A stretch of 64,000 nucleotides of DNA from an uncultured Acidimicrobiales bacterium (GTDB lineage: Bacteria > Actinomycetota > Acidimicrobiia > Acidimicrobiales > SHLQ01), in the NCBI GenBank assembly GCA_964390555.1, contig CAYMJU010000125.1, positions 53,940 to 117,939 on the forward strand. Reading direction: 5' to 3'. Below are positions 10,581-24,017 of the stretch, piece by piece. The position numbers and the translations under genes were made by a program. Position 1 is the first letter of the stretch, and the number at the start of each line of letters is the position of its first letter. Below the pieces are notes generated by a model. That model saw only the letters and a program-made list of their open reading frames with translations. It did no database searches and was not told the DNA's origin.

Positions 10581-11102
10581 TCAGCCGCAGTTCTCGCCGA
10601 CCCAGGTCTCGATGGCGACCTGGGACTGAATGAACGAGTTGACGTCGATCTCGGCGAGCTCCTGGGCTGCTTCGGGGTTGGCGGCGAATCCACCGAAGTC
10701 GTAGCCGATCGAATCGAACAAGTCGGCGTAGATCCCGAAGAAGTCGGCGGTCGTCTGCACATCGTCGGCGATGTCGTCGGGCGCGGCCGACACGGCGTCG
10801 TCGAAGAACTCCTCCGCCGTCGCGAATGCGTCACGCAGGGCATCGGGATCGGTCGTGGGATCGATTTCGCCGAGCGTGTCGAACGCTTCGTCACGCCCGT
10901 CGGCAACCTCGCAGAAGTCGCCACCGCCACCGCCGCCGTCGTCGCCGGACTCGGACTCCTCTTCGTCGGACTCGGTCTCGTCGGACTCGCTCGCCTCCGA
11001 GTCGTCGTCATCGGCCGTGGCCTCGTCATCATCGTCGCCGCCACAGGCGGCGCCGAACAAGGCGATCACCGCGAGTAGGGCGAGTAGGGCTCGATTGCGC
11101 AT
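10581..11102 (-). CDS. Lipoprotein with extremely acidic D/E/S linker
   Basis: ATG 11102 preceded by GGGAGGA. MRNRALLALLAVIALFGAAC (lipobox) is followed by GGDDDDEATADDDDSEASESDETESDEEESESGDDGGGGGGD. Confidence 0.65.
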   Translation of the reverse strand: MRNRALLALLAVIALFGAACGGDDDDEATADDDDSEASESDETESDEEESESGDDGGGGGGDFCEVADGRDEAFDTLGEIDPTTDPDALRDAFATAEEFFDDAVSAAPDDIADDVQTTADFFGIYADLFDSIGYDFGGFAANPEAAQELAEIDVNSFIQSQVAIETWVGENCG

Positions 11103-11168
11103 GGTCAGATCCTCCCGGACGCGACCGGTCCACCTGGACCGGTCGCACATCTATCGGCAGCCGATGAC

Positions 11169-12608
11169 CTAACCGTTAGCTCGCCGGTGCAGGATCTCGT
11201 TCACCGCGCGCCCATCGGCTTGACCTCTCGATGCCTTCATGATCAGCCCGGTGAAGAAGCCGGTGAGCTTCTTGCGAGCCCTGTCATCGCCGGCCACGAA
11301 ACGGCCCCACTCGTCGGGGTGATCGACCAGGATCGCGTCGACCAGCGACTCGAGCTCGTTCGTGTCGAGGGCCTGGATCCCGAGCTGGTCGGCCACCGCC
11401 GCCGGGTCCCCGCCCGACTCGACCAGCTCGGCCAGAACGGTCTTGGCCTGGGTCGCGGTCAGGCGACCCGACGCCTCGAGCCCGATTAGGGCGACGAACG
11501 CTTCGCTCGTCAACGCGCCACTACCGTCGGCCAGGTTGTTCTCGAGGTGGACCATAACCCGCCGGGCATCGGCGCCCGCGGCGATCGTGTCGAGCGCCAG
11601 GTCGTGCTGGCCGCGGGCGACGACCAGCGCGGCATCGGCTGGCTCGATCCCGGCCGCCGCGCCGATCGCGACCCTCAGGTCGGCCGGCAGCCTCGGCAAC
11701 GAGGCGTCGATGCGCTCTAGATCGGCAGCCGACGGAGCCAGCGGCACCAGGTCGGGCTCGGGGAAGTAGCGGTAGTCCTCGGCCTGTTCTTTGGATCGGC
11801 CGGCTCGGGTTCGATCCCCGGCCTCGTCCCAGTGCCGGGTCTCCTGGATCGGCGCCTGCCCGCTCTCGTAGAGGTCGACGTGACGGCGAGCCTCGTGCTC
11901 GATCGCCCGGCCGACGGAACGGACGCTGTTGATGTTCTTGATCTCGCAACGGGTCCGCAACTCGTCGCTCCCCACCGGGCGAACCGACACGTTGGCGTCG
12001 ACCCGCATCGAACCCTCCTCCATCTTGGCATCGGACACACCGAGGGCGACGACGATCGCCCGCAGCTCCTCGACATAGGCCTTGGCCTGATCAGCCGTGC
12101 GGATGTCGGGCCCCGACACGATCTCGACGAGCGGCACGCCGGACCGGTTGTAATCCACCAGCGAGTGGGCGGCGTCGTGGATGCGGCCACCGCCGCCGAC
12201 GTGGGTGGTCTTGCCGGTGTCCTCCTCGATGTGAGCGCGGACGATGGTGACCCGCATCCCGTCGGGCAGGTCGAGGTGTCCATCGGTGTTGGTCGGCAGG
12301 TCGTATTGCGAGACTTGGTAGTCCTTCGGCATGTCGGGGTAGAAGTAGTTCTTCCGCGAGAACACCGCCCGGTTCACGGTGCACCCCAGGGCCCGGCCCA
12401 GGCGCATGGCCGACTCGACCGCGGCACCGTTCACCACCGGCAGAGAACCGGGGAGGCCGAGGCATACCGGACACACGTTGGTGTTGGGCTCGTCGCCGAA
12501 CCGGTTGCGACACGAGCAGAACAGCTTGGTGTCGGTCGACAGCTCGCAGTGGACCTCGAGCCCGACGACCAGCTCCCACCCCGCAGGCAGACTCATCGCT
12601 TCGCTCAT
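11169..12608 (-). CDS. gatB: Asp/Glu-tRNA amidotransferase subunit B
   Basis: WELVVGLEVHCELSTDTKLFCSC... is GatB-specific. I prefer ATG 12608, but the ORF track allows 12650. A GC hairpin at 12617-12637 lies between the two candidate starts. Confidence 0.92.
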   Translation of the reverse strand: MSEAMSLPAGWELVVGLEVHCELSTDTKLFCSCRNRFGDEPNTNVCPVCLGLPGSLPVVNGAAVESAMRLGRALGCTVNRAVFSRKNYFYPDMPKDYQVSQYDLPTNTDGHLDLPDGMRVTIVRAHIEEDTGKTTHVGGGGRIHDAAHSLVDYNRSGVPLVEIVSGPDIRTADQAKAYVEELRAIVVALGVSDAKMEEGSMRVDANVSVRPVGSDELRTRCEIKNINSVRSVGRAIEHEARRHVDLYESGQAPIQETRHWDEAGDRTRAGRSKEQAEDYRYFPEPDLVPLAPSAADLERIDASLPRLPADLRVAIGAAAGIEPADAALVVARGQHDLALDTIAAGADARRVMVHLENNLADGSGALTSEAFVALIGLEASGRLTATQAKTVLAELVESGGDPAAVADQLGIQALDTNELESLVDAILVDHPDEWGRFVAGDDRARKKLTGFFTGLIMKASRGQADGRAVNEILHRRANG

Positions 12609-12696
12609 GGTTGTCGCTGGGGGCTGCGCGCCCCCAGACCCCATCGGCATCCGGGGAGCTGCGCTCCCTCGGCTGCACTCGCTCGCTCCGCTTCGC

Positions 12697-14115
12697 TCAT
12701 CGCTGGCTCGCTTCGAGGGCCGCGGCGACCCGGAACATCACGACCTCGCCCAGCGCAGGGGCGAGGACTTGCACGCCGACCGGCATGCCGTCGGCGCCGA
12801 CGCCGTAAGGCACCGAGATCGCCGGCTGGCCCGACAGGTTCGACGGGATCGTGCACACGTCGTTCAGGTACATGGTCATTGGGTCGTCGACCTTGGCACC
12901 GAGATCGAATGCCGTGGTCGGCGATGTCGGCGAGAACAAGACGTCGAAGCGTTCGTAGGCCGCCGCGAAGTCCCGGATGATCAGCGTGCGAACCTTCTGG
13001 GCCTTGCCGTAGTACGCATCGTAGTAGCCGGCTGACAGGGCGTAGGTCCCGAGCATGATGCGCCGCTTCACCTCGTCGCCGAACCCGGCGGTGCGGGTGG
13101 CTTCCATCATCTCGGCCGTGCTCGAGCCGTCGACTCGCAAGCCGTAACGCACGCCGTCGTAGCGGGCCAGATTGCTCGACGCCTCGGCCGGGGCGATCAG
13201 GTAGTATGCCGACAAGCCGTAGAGCGTCGACGGCACCGAGACTTCGCCGACCTGTGCGCCGGCGGCGGCGAGCGCCTCGGCCGCGGCCCGGACCCGCGCC
13301 GCGACGTCGGGCGCGATGCCGTCGCCCATCATCTCGGTGATGATCCCGACCCGCAGGCCCTTCACCCCATCACCCAGGGGTGGGCTCACCGCCTCGACAC
13401 CCGAGGCGATCGACGTGGAATCGGCCGGATCGTGGCCGGCGATGACGTCGTAGACCAGCGCCGCGTCGGCCACCGTGGCGGCGAACGGGCCGATCTGGTC
13501 GAGCGACGACGCGAACGCCACCAGCCCGTACCGGCTCACGGCACCGTAGGTCGGCTTCATCCCGACCACACCACACAACGCCGCGGGTTGGCGGATCGAT
13601 CCGCCGGTGTCGCTGCCGAGCGCGATCGGCGCAAAACCCGCGGCAACCGCGGCCGCCGACCCGCCGCTCGACCCGCCGGGGACCTTGGTGATGTCGAGCG
13701 GATTGCGCGTTGGTCCGAACGCCGAGTTCTCCGTCGAGCTGCCCATGGCGAACTCGTCGAGATTGGTCTTGCCGACCAGCACGGCGCCGGCGGCGGCCAG
13801 GCGCGTGACCACCGTCGCGTCATACGGTGGCCTCCACCCGTCGAGGATGCGAGAGCTGCACGTCGTGGGCACACCTCTCGTACACATGTTGTCCTTGAGC
13901 GCGACCGGCACCCCGGCCAGCGGGCCAGGGTCGTCGCCCGCGGCGACCCGCCGGTCGACCTCGGCCGCCTGAGCCCGCGCCTCCCGCGCCGTCACCAGGT
14001 TGAAGGCGTGGATCTCACCCTCGCGACCGGCGATCCGGTCCAGATGCTCCTCGAGAACGTCAGATGCCGTGCGCCGCCCGGCCCGAACCTCCCCCGCTAT
14101 GTCCAAGGCGCTCAT
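12697..14115 (-). CDS. gatA: Asp/Glu-tRNA amidotransferase subunit A (amidase signature)
   Basis: ORF 12697-14301 trimmed to ATG 14115 ([20 protein letters not shown]). The amidase signature [14 protein letters not shown] is present, and GGAGGGG lies upstream. Confidence 0.93.
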   Translation of the reverse strand: MSALDIAGEVRAGRRTASDVLEEHLDRIAGREGEIHAFNLVTAREARAQAAEVDRRVAAGDDPGPLAGVPVALKDNMCTRGVPTTCSSRILDGWRPPYDATVVTRLAAAGAVLVGKTNLDEFAMGSSTENSAFGPTRNPLDITKVPGGSSGGSAAAVAAGFAPIALGSDTGGSIRQPAALCGVVGMKPTYGAVSRYGLVAFASSLDQIGPFAATVADAALVYDVIAGHDPADSTSIASGVEAVSPPLGDGVKGLRVGIITEMMGDGIAPDVAARVRAAAEALAAAGAQVGEVSVPSTLYGLSAYYLIAPAEASSNLARYDGVRYGLRVDGSSTAEMMEATRTAGFGDEVKRRIMLGTYALSAGYYDAYYGKAQKVRTLIIRDFAAAYERFDVLFSPTSPTTAFDLGAKVDDPMTMYLNDVCTIPSNLSGQPAISVPYGVGADGMPVGVQVLAPALGEVVMFRVAAALEASQR

Positions 14116-14137
14116 CGCGCCACCCCTCCGAGGGTGG

Positions 14138-14437
14138 TCATGGCTGCTCGCCGAGGATCTGCGGGACCTTGAACTGGGCGTCCTCGACGGCTGGGGCGGC
14201 GGCGAGCACCTCGTCGCGGTCGATCGAGCGGCCCACCACATCGGGCCGGAACACGTTGACCAGCGGCAGCGGATGCGCGGTCGGCAACACCCCTTCGACA
14301 TCGAGGGCCTCGACGTCTTCAGCGTGCTCGAGCACCGCCGCGAGCTGCCCGGTGAACCGGTCGAGCTCGGCGTCGGTCAGCCGTAACCGGGCCAGGGTGG
14401 CGACGTGCGCGACGTCGTCTCGTGAGATTCGCGACAT
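14138..14437 (-). CDS. gatC: Asp/Glu-tRNA amidotransferase subunit C
   Basis: [32 protein letters not shown] is typical GatC. An alternative ATG lies at 14446. Confidence 0.88.
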   Translation of the reverse strand: MSRISRDDVAHVATLARLRLTDAELDRFTGQLAAVLEHAEDVEALDVEGVLPTAHPLPLVNVFRPDVVGRSIDRDEVLAAAPAVEDAQFKVPQILGEQP

Positions 14438-14494
14438 GGCCAGCATCGTAGAGCCGCGCCCAGCCCACCCCGCCGATCGTGGCGTCCGCGAGGG

Positions 14495-16009
14495 TCAGGG
14501 AGCCGGGTCGGTTGGTGGGGCGGGCGGGGCGGGGGGCGCGCTGGTCGGGGAGGCGAGGCGTTTGAACATGTCGGCGAGGTCGATGCCGAGGAGGTCCGAT
14601 GCCAGCTGCATGCCCTGGGTGACGTTGCCGGCCACGCTTCGGGTCAGTGCCGACGCGCCGTCGGTCGAGATCACGGTGACCTTGTCGATGGCGGCCATCG
14701 GGGCCGCGGCCTCCCTCACGAGCTTGGGCAACATGTCGGCCAACAGATCGAGGATGGCGGCCTGGCCATATTGCTCGTAGGCGTCGGCTCGGCGTTGCAT
14801 GGCGGTGGCCTCGGCCTCGCCCCGGGCGAGGATCGCGGCCGCCTCGGCCTCGCCCTCGGTCCGCAACGCGGCCGCGAGCGATTCGCGCCGGGCCTTCTCG
14901 GCGTTGCCGTGGGCGATACCTTCGAGCTCGACGGCCTTGGCCAGCTCCTCGCGGCGCTGCCGCTCGCCGGTACCCGTGAGGCGGTTCTCCTCCGCCGTGG
15001 CCTGCGCCGCCTCGATGGCCGCGATTCGCCTGGCCTCGGCCTCGCGGATGGCCCGCGACTTCTGCGCTTCGGCCTCCTGCTCGACGGCGTAGCGGGCGGC
15101 GTCGGCGGGCTTGCGAACCTCGGTGTCGAGCTGGCGCTCCTTGAGCGCAGCTTGGCGCTCGGCCACCTTCTCCTGGGCGGCGAACACCTCCTGGTCCTTG
15201 GCGGCCTTCGACAACGGCCCGGCGGCCTCGGCGGCTGCCGCCGCGGCGTCGGTCTCGGCGCGGATCTCGGCCTGACGCAGCTGGAGCGCGCGCTGGGCGA
15301 CGGCGATCTCCTCCTCGGCCTTGAGCCGGGCCTGCTCGGCTTCGCGACGGGCGATGGCCTCGGCGATGGCGGCCTCCTTCTCGGCTCGGGCGGCCTCGGG
15401 TCGGCCGAGGTCGTGCAGGTAGTTGCCCTCGGTCTGGATGTCCTGGAGCTGGAAGGTGTCGAGCACCAGCCCCTGGTTCGTGAGCGACGCCTCGGCCTCC
15501 TCGGCTACCTCGCGGGCGAACGCCGCCCGATCCTTGACGATCTCCTCGACCGAGAGCCGCCCGACGATGGCCCGCAGCGACCCGGCCAGCACCTCCTGGG
15601 TGAACGTCTCGATCTCGACCTGCTGGCCGAGGAACCGCTGCGCCGCAGCCCTCACGGCGTACTCGGTACCGCCGACCTTGACGATGGCCACGCCTTCGAG
15701 CGAGCACTTGATGCCCTGCGCCGACACCGCCGAACCGACCGAGATGCTGATCTGGCGCGACGACAGATCGAGCACCGCCAACTTCTGGATGACCGGGAGG
15801 ACGAACACGCTCGCCCCCATCACGACTTTTTGGCCCGACAGGTCGGTCGAGATCTGGCCCGTTTCGGGGTTGGTGACCGGCTTGCCTTTTCGGCCGGTGA
15901 TTATGAACGCCTCATTCGGGCCGGCGACCTTGAAGCGCGACAGCATCACCAACACGACGAGCACGACGATCCCGAGCAGCACCGCAATTCCGATACCGAC
16001 TGCACCCAT
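14495..16009 (-). CDS. Flotillin-like SPFH/band-7 protein
   Basis: ORF 14495-16207 trimmed to ATG 16009 (GAGGAG RBS). The protein has an N-terminal TM segment, an SPFH core, a long A/E/R-rich coiled coil (EAAIAEAIARREAEQARLKAEEE) and a PAPP tail. Confidence 0.85.
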   Translation of the reverse strand: MGAVGIGIAVLLGIVVLVVLVMLSRFKVAGPNEAFIITGRKGKPVTNPETGQISTDLSGQKVVMGASVFVLPVIQKLAVLDLSSRQISISVGSAVSAQGIKCSLEGVAIVKVGGTEYAVRAAAQRFLGQQVEIETFTQEVLAGSLRAIVGRLSVEEIVKDRAAFAREVAEEAEASLTNQGLVLDTFQLQDIQTEGNYLHDLGRPEAARAEKEAAIAEAIARREAEQARLKAEEEIAVAQRALQLRQAEIRAETDAAAAAAEAAGPLSKAAKDQEVFAAQEKVAERQAALKERQLDTEVRKPADAARYAVEQEAEAQKSRAIREAEARRIAAIEAAQATAEENRLTGTGERQRREELAKAVELEGIAHGNAEKARRESLAAALRTEGEAEAAAILARGEAEATAMQRRADAYEQYGQAAILDLLADMLPKLVREAAAPMAAIDKVTVISTDGASALTRSVAGNVTQGMQLASDLLGIDLADMFKRLASPTSAPPAPPAPPTDPAP

Positions 16010-16037
16010 GACTACTCCTCTCCGGCGGCGAGCCGGG

Positions 16038-16544
16038 TCAACTCCAGAACTTCTCGGACGATTCGACGACGACCTTCGTGGACGATTCCACCGCCACGAC
16101 CACGACCTGGTCGCCGACCGCGTGATCCGACGCCGACGTGGCCGTGAGCTTGGTGGGCTGTCCGGCGAGCAGGACCATGACCTCGCCCAGCCCTCCCGCT
16201 TGCACACCCGTCACCACACGAGCCTCGGCACCGACCAGCGTGTCGGTCTGGGGTGTCGGGTCGGTCGGGCTGTTCGCCAGGGCCCGGCCGAGCCTGACCG
16301 TGGCGAACCCCAGGACGACACCCGCCCCGGCCCCGGCCGCGGCCGCGACCCCGATCGGCGCGTCGCTCGCCTGGTCGACCATCCACCCCACGACGCCGAG
16401 CGCAGCAAGAAATGCGCCGATCGCGGGAGCCGAGATCCAGTCGCTCTCGGGCATGACCATGTCGAGCACGTCGTCGAACACTAGGGACACGACGAGCAGC
16501 ACGACACCGACCACCGCCAGCCCGATGAACATCGGCGACATCAT
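16038..16544 (-). CDS. NfeD-like membrane protein (flotillin partner)
   Basis: 168 aa with hydrophobic N-terminal segments and a C-terminal beta-domain (GEVMVLLAGQPTKLTATS). It lies directly upstream of the flotillin gene on the same strand. Confidence 0.7.
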   Translation of the reverse strand: MMSPMFIGLAVVGVVLLVVSLVFDDVLDMVMPESDWISAPAIGAFLAALGVVGWMVDQASDAPIGVAAAAGAGAGVVLGFATVRLGRALANSPTDPTPQTDTLVGAEARVVTGVQAGGLGEVMVLLAGQPTKLTATSASDHAVGDQVVVVAVESSTKVVVESSEKFWS

Positions 16545-16597
16545 GTCATTTCCGAACGGCGGGCGCTCCCGGGATTCGCCCGGTAGGTTGCGGCGCC

Positions 16598-17020
16598 ATG
16601 GCCCGCCACGTCTTCTTGAGCCCGGAGTGGGTCGAAGCCGCCCGAGCTCTCCGCGCCGAGCTCGAACCGGAGGCCGATACCCCGGCGCTCGCGGTGTCGA
16701 TTCGGTTGAACGTCGTCGTCACCGACGTGCCGTTCGCCGACGAACCCGCGCACGGCCACGTCGACACGCGGGGCGGCCTACTCACGATCGACCACGGGCA
16801 CCTCGACGACGAGGACGTGACCATCACCCTCGATCACGAGCTGGCTCGGTCGCTCTTCGTGGACCGCGACCTCCAGGCGATCATTCAAGCCTTGCTCAAA
16901 GGCCGGATCAGCGCCGTCGGTGACGTCATGAAGCTTCTGGCCCTCCAGCCACCGCCGGGCGCCCAGCATGACCCCCGCCTCGTGGAGACCTACCGCCGCC
17001 TCCGCGATCTCACCGAGTAG
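16598..17020 (+). CDS. SCP2 sterol-binding-domain protein
   Basis: 140 aa. FLSPEWVEAARAL...ITLDHELARSLFVDRDLQAIIQALLKGRISAVGDVMKL matches the actinobacterial SCP2-domain pattern. Confidence 0.7.
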   Translation: MARHVFLSPEWVEAARALRAELEPEADTPALAVSIRLNVVVTDVPFADEPAHGHVDTRGGLLTIDHGHLDDEDVTITLDHELARSLFVDRDLQAIIQALLKGRISAVGDVMKLLALQPPPGAQHDPRLVETYRRLRDLTE

Positions 17021-17036
17021 CACCAGGCCCGCGCCG

Positions 17037-17555
17037 GTGACCGAACCAGACGACGGTGACCCGACAGACTGGGACGACCTCGACGAAGACCTCGACGGGG
17101 ACGACGACCCACCGCCGCGGGAACGGTGGAAGACCTGGGCGCTGATCGCCGCCGCGGCTTCCGGGCTGGTCGCCATCCCGATCTCGTGCGCCGCGGTGCT
17201 CGGCGCGATCGCCGCGGACAACATCGAGCCCAGAGCGACCGTCGAGGACGCCGTGTCGCTCACGGCCTGCCGAGTCGGTGTCGACACCGTCGATGTCGAG
17301 TTGGCGCTCGACAACCCGTGGACCCGATCGATCGACGTTGCGATCGAGATCGTCGTAGAAGCCGACGGCGAATTGCTCGCTCGGGTGGTGAGTGACCCCA
17401 TGCTCGTGCCGTCGGGCGCCGCCCGTTCGGTAACGGTGACGGCGACCGCCGATCGTGTTGTCCCTCCGCAGGCCGCGTGCCGGATCCTCGACGTTCGCGA
17501 GCTGTGCGACGTCTCCTGCGAAGCGCTCACCGAGGCCGACGACGCCACTCCGTAG
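17037..17555 (+). CDS. Hypothetical single-pass membrane protein with acidic N-terminus
   Basis: GTG 17037 in ORF 16968-17555. The order is an acidic tail DWDDLDEDLDGDDD, a TM segment WALIAAAASGLVAIPISCAAVLGAIA, then an extracytoplasmic domain. Confidence 0.45.
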   Translation: MTEPDDGDPTDWDDLDEDLDGDDDPPPRERWKTWALIAAAASGLVAIPISCAAVLGAIAADNIEPRATVEDAVSLTACRVGVDTVDVELALDNPWTRSIDVAIEIVVEADGELLARVVSDPMLVPSGAARSVTVTATADRVVPPQAACRILDVRELCDVSCEALTEADDATP

Positions 17556-17601
17556 GCCGACCATGGTGCCCTCTCTGACATAAATGGGGCCCGGCCCACC
17601 A

Positions 17602-19455
17602 TCAGTCGAGGGCGATGGTGACCTCGCTACCGGGGGCCAGCAACGTGCCGGCGTCGGGGGTCTGACCAAACACCGCACCGCCGGGATCCCCGTTCACCTC
17701 GACCACGAACCCCGCACCCTCGAGCACCGCCTGGGCATCGGAGAGCGACAGGCCGTCGACGTCGGGCACCGGGATCGGACACAGACCATTGGACACGACC
17801 ACGGTCACCGGGCTGTCGGCGGGCAACTCGGTGCCGGCCGCCGGTTCGGTGCGCAGGACCAGGCCCGCGGCCACGGTGTCGTTGCACTCATCGAATCGGG
17901 TCGGTACGAGCCGCAATGCGATGAGCTGGGCGGTCGCCGTGTCGAAGTCGATGCCGACGACCTCGGCGGGCACCGCGCGGGGCTCGGGGCCCGACGAGAC
18001 GATCAAGCCGACGGTCGAATTGCGCGGAAGGTCGACGGTTCCCGCCGGGACATCGAAGCCGACCACGTTGCCGATCGGGACCGTCTCGTCGGCCACAGGA
18101 ACCGACCCGCCCGCGATCAGCCCCGCGTCGATCAACCGCTGGGCGGCCTCGTCGGGCGTGCTGCCGAGCACATCGGGCAACGGGACCAGGGTCAGCCCTA
18201 TCGACACGACGACGGTGATCGGCTGGCCCTCCTCGAGGTCGGTACCGGCGGCCGGATCGGTGCTGATCACCTGACCCTCAGCCACCACGTCGTCGCGACC
18301 GTCGACGGTCGTCACCACGAACCCGAGATCCTCGAGCGTGGTCACCGCCGCGGCCGCCGACTGCCCACCGAGGTCGGGCACCACGTGGGTCTCGGTTTGG
18401 TCGAGCGACGACCACATCGCCACGCCACCGACCGCGAGGGCGGCCAACAGGGCGAGCGCCAGCAGCACCTTGGGCCAGCGTCGCCGTCGGCGCGACTTCG
18501 AGTCGGCGCCAGCGAGGGAGGCGCCTTCGGCGGCGGACGGCGCCAGCACGGTGCGATCCCGATCGGCGCGCTCGGGTCGATCGTCTCCGGGCCGGATCGC
18601 CCCGGCCAGTGGCAGGGCTTTGGGTCGCGGCAGCCCCTCCCCCACCGCCATCAGCGCGGTGGCGAACTCGTTGGCGTCGGGGCGCAGCTCGGGATCGGGA
18701 TTCCCGGCGCGGGCGACGGCCGGGCCGACCAGCCCGAGCTCGGCCGGCGGTACGAGCGGCGTGTCGACCCGACCCATGAGGGTGCCGATGGCGGTGTCCG
18801 CAGCGAACGGGACCTCGCCCGATACCGCCTCGCACAGCACCAGGGCCAGCGCGTACACGTCGGAGCGAGCATCGACGGGCCGACCGAGCGCCTGCTCGGG
18901 CGACGTGTACCGGTAGGTGCCGATCACGGCGCCGGTCGGTTCGGTGGTCGACGCCTCGGCGATGGCTCGGGCGAGCCCGAAGTCGGCGATCCGGAGTCGG
19001 CCGTCGTCACCGAACAGCAGGTTGGCGGGCTTGATGTCTCGATGCACGAACCCGCGCTCGTGGGCGTGGTCGAGACCCCGAGCCGCAGCCAGCCCGACCA
19101 GCAGCGCCTGCGATGGCGACAACCGGTGACCGGCGTCGAGCAGGGCCCGCAGGCTGCCACCGCCCAAGTACTCCGACACGAGATACGGCCCACCGTCGTT
19201 GCCCCAGTCGTGAACGGCGAGGATGTGCGGGTGGTTGAGGGCCGCCGCGGCTTGAGCCTCGGCACGAAAGCGGCGCAGGAACGTGTCGTCTTCGGCGAGC
19301 GCCCGGTGCAGGATCTTGACCGCCACCCGGCGTCGCAGGGTGGTGTCGTCGGCCAGGTACACCTGAGCCGACGCGCCGGCACCGATGCGGGTGATCAGCC
19401 GGTACCGCCCGCCGAGCACGCGGCCGGCCTGGTCATCCGGTCCCGAGGCGGTCAT
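17602..19455 (-). CDS. pknB: Ser/Thr protein kinase with C-terminal PASTA repeats
   Basis: 617 aa. Kinase motifs VAVKIL, HRDIKPANLL and DFGLA are followed by a TM segment (WPKVLLALALLAALAVGGVAMW) and four PASTA-like repeats (VPDL/VPLPDV/VPAEV/VPDVDG). Confidence 0.9.
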   Translation of the reverse strand: MTASGPDDQAGRVLGGRYRLITRIGAGASAQVYLADDTTLRRRVAVKILHRALAEDDTFLRRFRAEAQAAAALNHPHILAVHDWGNDGGPYLVSEYLGGGSLRALLDAGHRLSPSQALLVGLAAARGLDHAHERGFVHRDIKPANLLFGDDGRLRIADFGLARAIAEASTTEPTGAVIGTYRYTSPEQALGRPVDARSDVYALALVLCEAVSGEVPFAADTAIGTLMGRVDTPLVPPAELGLVGPAVARAGNPDPELRPDANEFATALMAVGEGLPRPKALPLAGAIRPGDDRPERADRDRTVLAPSAAEGASLAGADSKSRRRRRWPKVLLALALLAALAVGGVAMWSSLDQTETHVVPDLGGQSAAAAVTTLEDLGFVVTTVDGRDDVVAEGQVISTDPAAGTDLEEGQPITVVVSIGLTLVPLPDVLGSTPDEAAQRLIDAGLIAGGSVPVADETVPIGNVVGFDVPAGTVDLPRNSTVGLIVSSGPEPRAVPAEVVGIDFDTATAQLIALRLVPTRFDECNDTVAAGLVLRTEPAAGTELPADSPVTVVVSNGLCPIPVPDVDGLSLSDAQAVLEGAGFVVEVNGDPGGAVFGQTPDAGTLLAPGSEVTIALD

Positions 19456-19499
19456 CGACGAAGAAGGCTAGGCGCTGGTGGGTGCGGTCGGGGTGAGGC

Positions 19500-19901
19500 T
19501 CAGGCCGCCTCGAAGCACCATTGCCGGGCTTGGGACTGGCCCGGCCCGTCCTGGATTCGCCAGAACAGGGCCAGCACACAGTTCCGGCCACCTCGCCAGG
19601 CCTCGATGATCAGCCCGTCCCCGGGTTGGTACTCGACGAGGTTGAGCGCCGGCGCCTTGATCAGCTCGTCGTCGGGGATCGGAACACCGTTCACTGCCAG
19701 CGTGGCGTCGTACCCGGGCGCCAGATCGATCCCCACCCGGGCCTGGGCGAGGATCTCGGTCCCCTCGGCGGGGATCAGCGTCTCGATTGCCGGGCCCAGC
19801 GTCTCGTCGCTGTCGGTGTCGGCCAGCGCATACGCCAGCACGAGGAATCCGAAAGCGACCGTGACCATCGTGATAACGATCAATCGCTGGTTGCCGGTCA
19901 C
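19500..19901 (-). CDS. Hypothetical membrane-anchored protein
   Basis: 133-aa ORF with an N-terminal TM segment LIVITMVTVAFGFLVLAYAL. It sits upstream of the kinase on the same strand, and I recognise no family. Confidence 0.5.
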   Translation of the reverse strand: MTGNQRLIVITMVTVAFGFLVLAYALADTDSDETLGPAIETLIPAEGTEILAQARVGIDLAPGYDATLAVNGVPIPDDELIKAPALNLVEYQPGDGLIIEAWRGGRNCVLALFWRIQDGPGQSQARQWCFEAA

Positions 19902-19934
19902 GCGGTCAACCTACCAGCGCCCCTCGGCCGCCGG

Positions 19935-20566
19935 TCAGCCGACGAGGGACTCGAGCTCGGCCATGGCGATGTCTATGTCGTCGCCCGCTATCACCCCGTG
20001 CATGCCCAGCTCGACGGCGGCGGCCACGTTGCTCGCCATGTCGTCGACGAACGCTGCTCGGCCCGGGTCGGCGACGCCGAGTCGCTCCATCGCTAGGAGA
20101 TAGATCGCCGCGTCGGGCTTGCGCAATCCGACGGCGCTTGAATCGACGATCGTCTCGAAAAGCCCCACGTCGATCAGCGTGGTCCACCGATCGGCGAACT
20201 CCTTGATGTTGTTGGTGATCATCCCGTGGCGGATGCCGCGCTCGGTCAGAACGTTGAGCGTGCGAAGCGAGCGTTCCCGCCGCCGTTCCCCGTCGGCGGC
20301 CGAGCCCATCGCGGCGAAGATCGACGCGGTATCGAGATCGAGGCCTCGGCCCGCGGCGTTGGCCGTGATCGCCGCCATGGTGTCGGCCAGAGTGGCTTCG
20401 CCGCGTTCCAGCCGATGCCACGGGTGATCGTTGTTGTGGTGGTACGCCCCGAACACCACGTCCCACAACTCGGGGGTCTCGATGCCGATCGTCTCAGCGA
20501 ACTGGGCCATGCCGCTGACCGGCGACGCGGTGAACACCCCGCCGAGATCCCAGAACACCACGTCGA

Positions 20567-20570
<4 letters not shown>
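19935..20570 (-). CDS. HAD-superfamily hydrolase (subfamily IA-like)
   Basis: 211 aa with motif I VVFWDLGGVF, MITNN, and FVDD near the C-terminus. Confidence 0.8.
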
Positions 20571-23928
<3,358 letters not shown>

Positions 23929-24017
23929 TCACCCGCGGGACTGCGGCGTCGGCTAGCTCGAGCGGAGGCGGCGCCGCGAGTGGTCAGCGCGGGCGGCGCC
24001 GCGCGAACGTGCGCGCC

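Noticed and set aside
14495-16207. Long N-terminal extensions offered by the ORF track for many genes. Examples are flotillin to 16207, gatA to 14301, mnmA to 26165, the DUF4129-like gene to 35801, E2 from 55127, acsA from 51459, the nucleotidyltransferase from 5448 and the nucleosidase to 63647.
   Set aside because: The extensions are Arg/Pro/Ser-rich and overlap the upstream gene in another frame. Internal ATG or GTG codons with RBS-like sequences or ATGA/GTGA coupling give N-termini matching the family consensus. Coordinates were trimmed accordingly.
17556-17601. A locally AT-rich stretch (GACATAAATGG) with a 6-bp inverted repeat ATGGTG/CACCAT between two convergent genes.
   Set aside because: The arms are short and separated by about 30 nt. 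This is consistent with an ordinary intergenic spacer or weak terminator, with nothing further to support a feature.
17584-20103. Other very long antisense or alternative-frame ORFs, for example 17584-20103(+), 22366-23910(+), 27871-29379(-), 33448-35379(+), 40640-42202(-), 51717-53222(-) and 57504-59015(+).
   Set aside because: Each overlaps a gene with clear catalytic motifs on the other strand or frame (pknB, ligA, nirK, the MoxR cluster, ATPases, acsA). Their products are Arg/Gly/Pro-rich with no recognisable domains. They are treated as high-GC artefacts.
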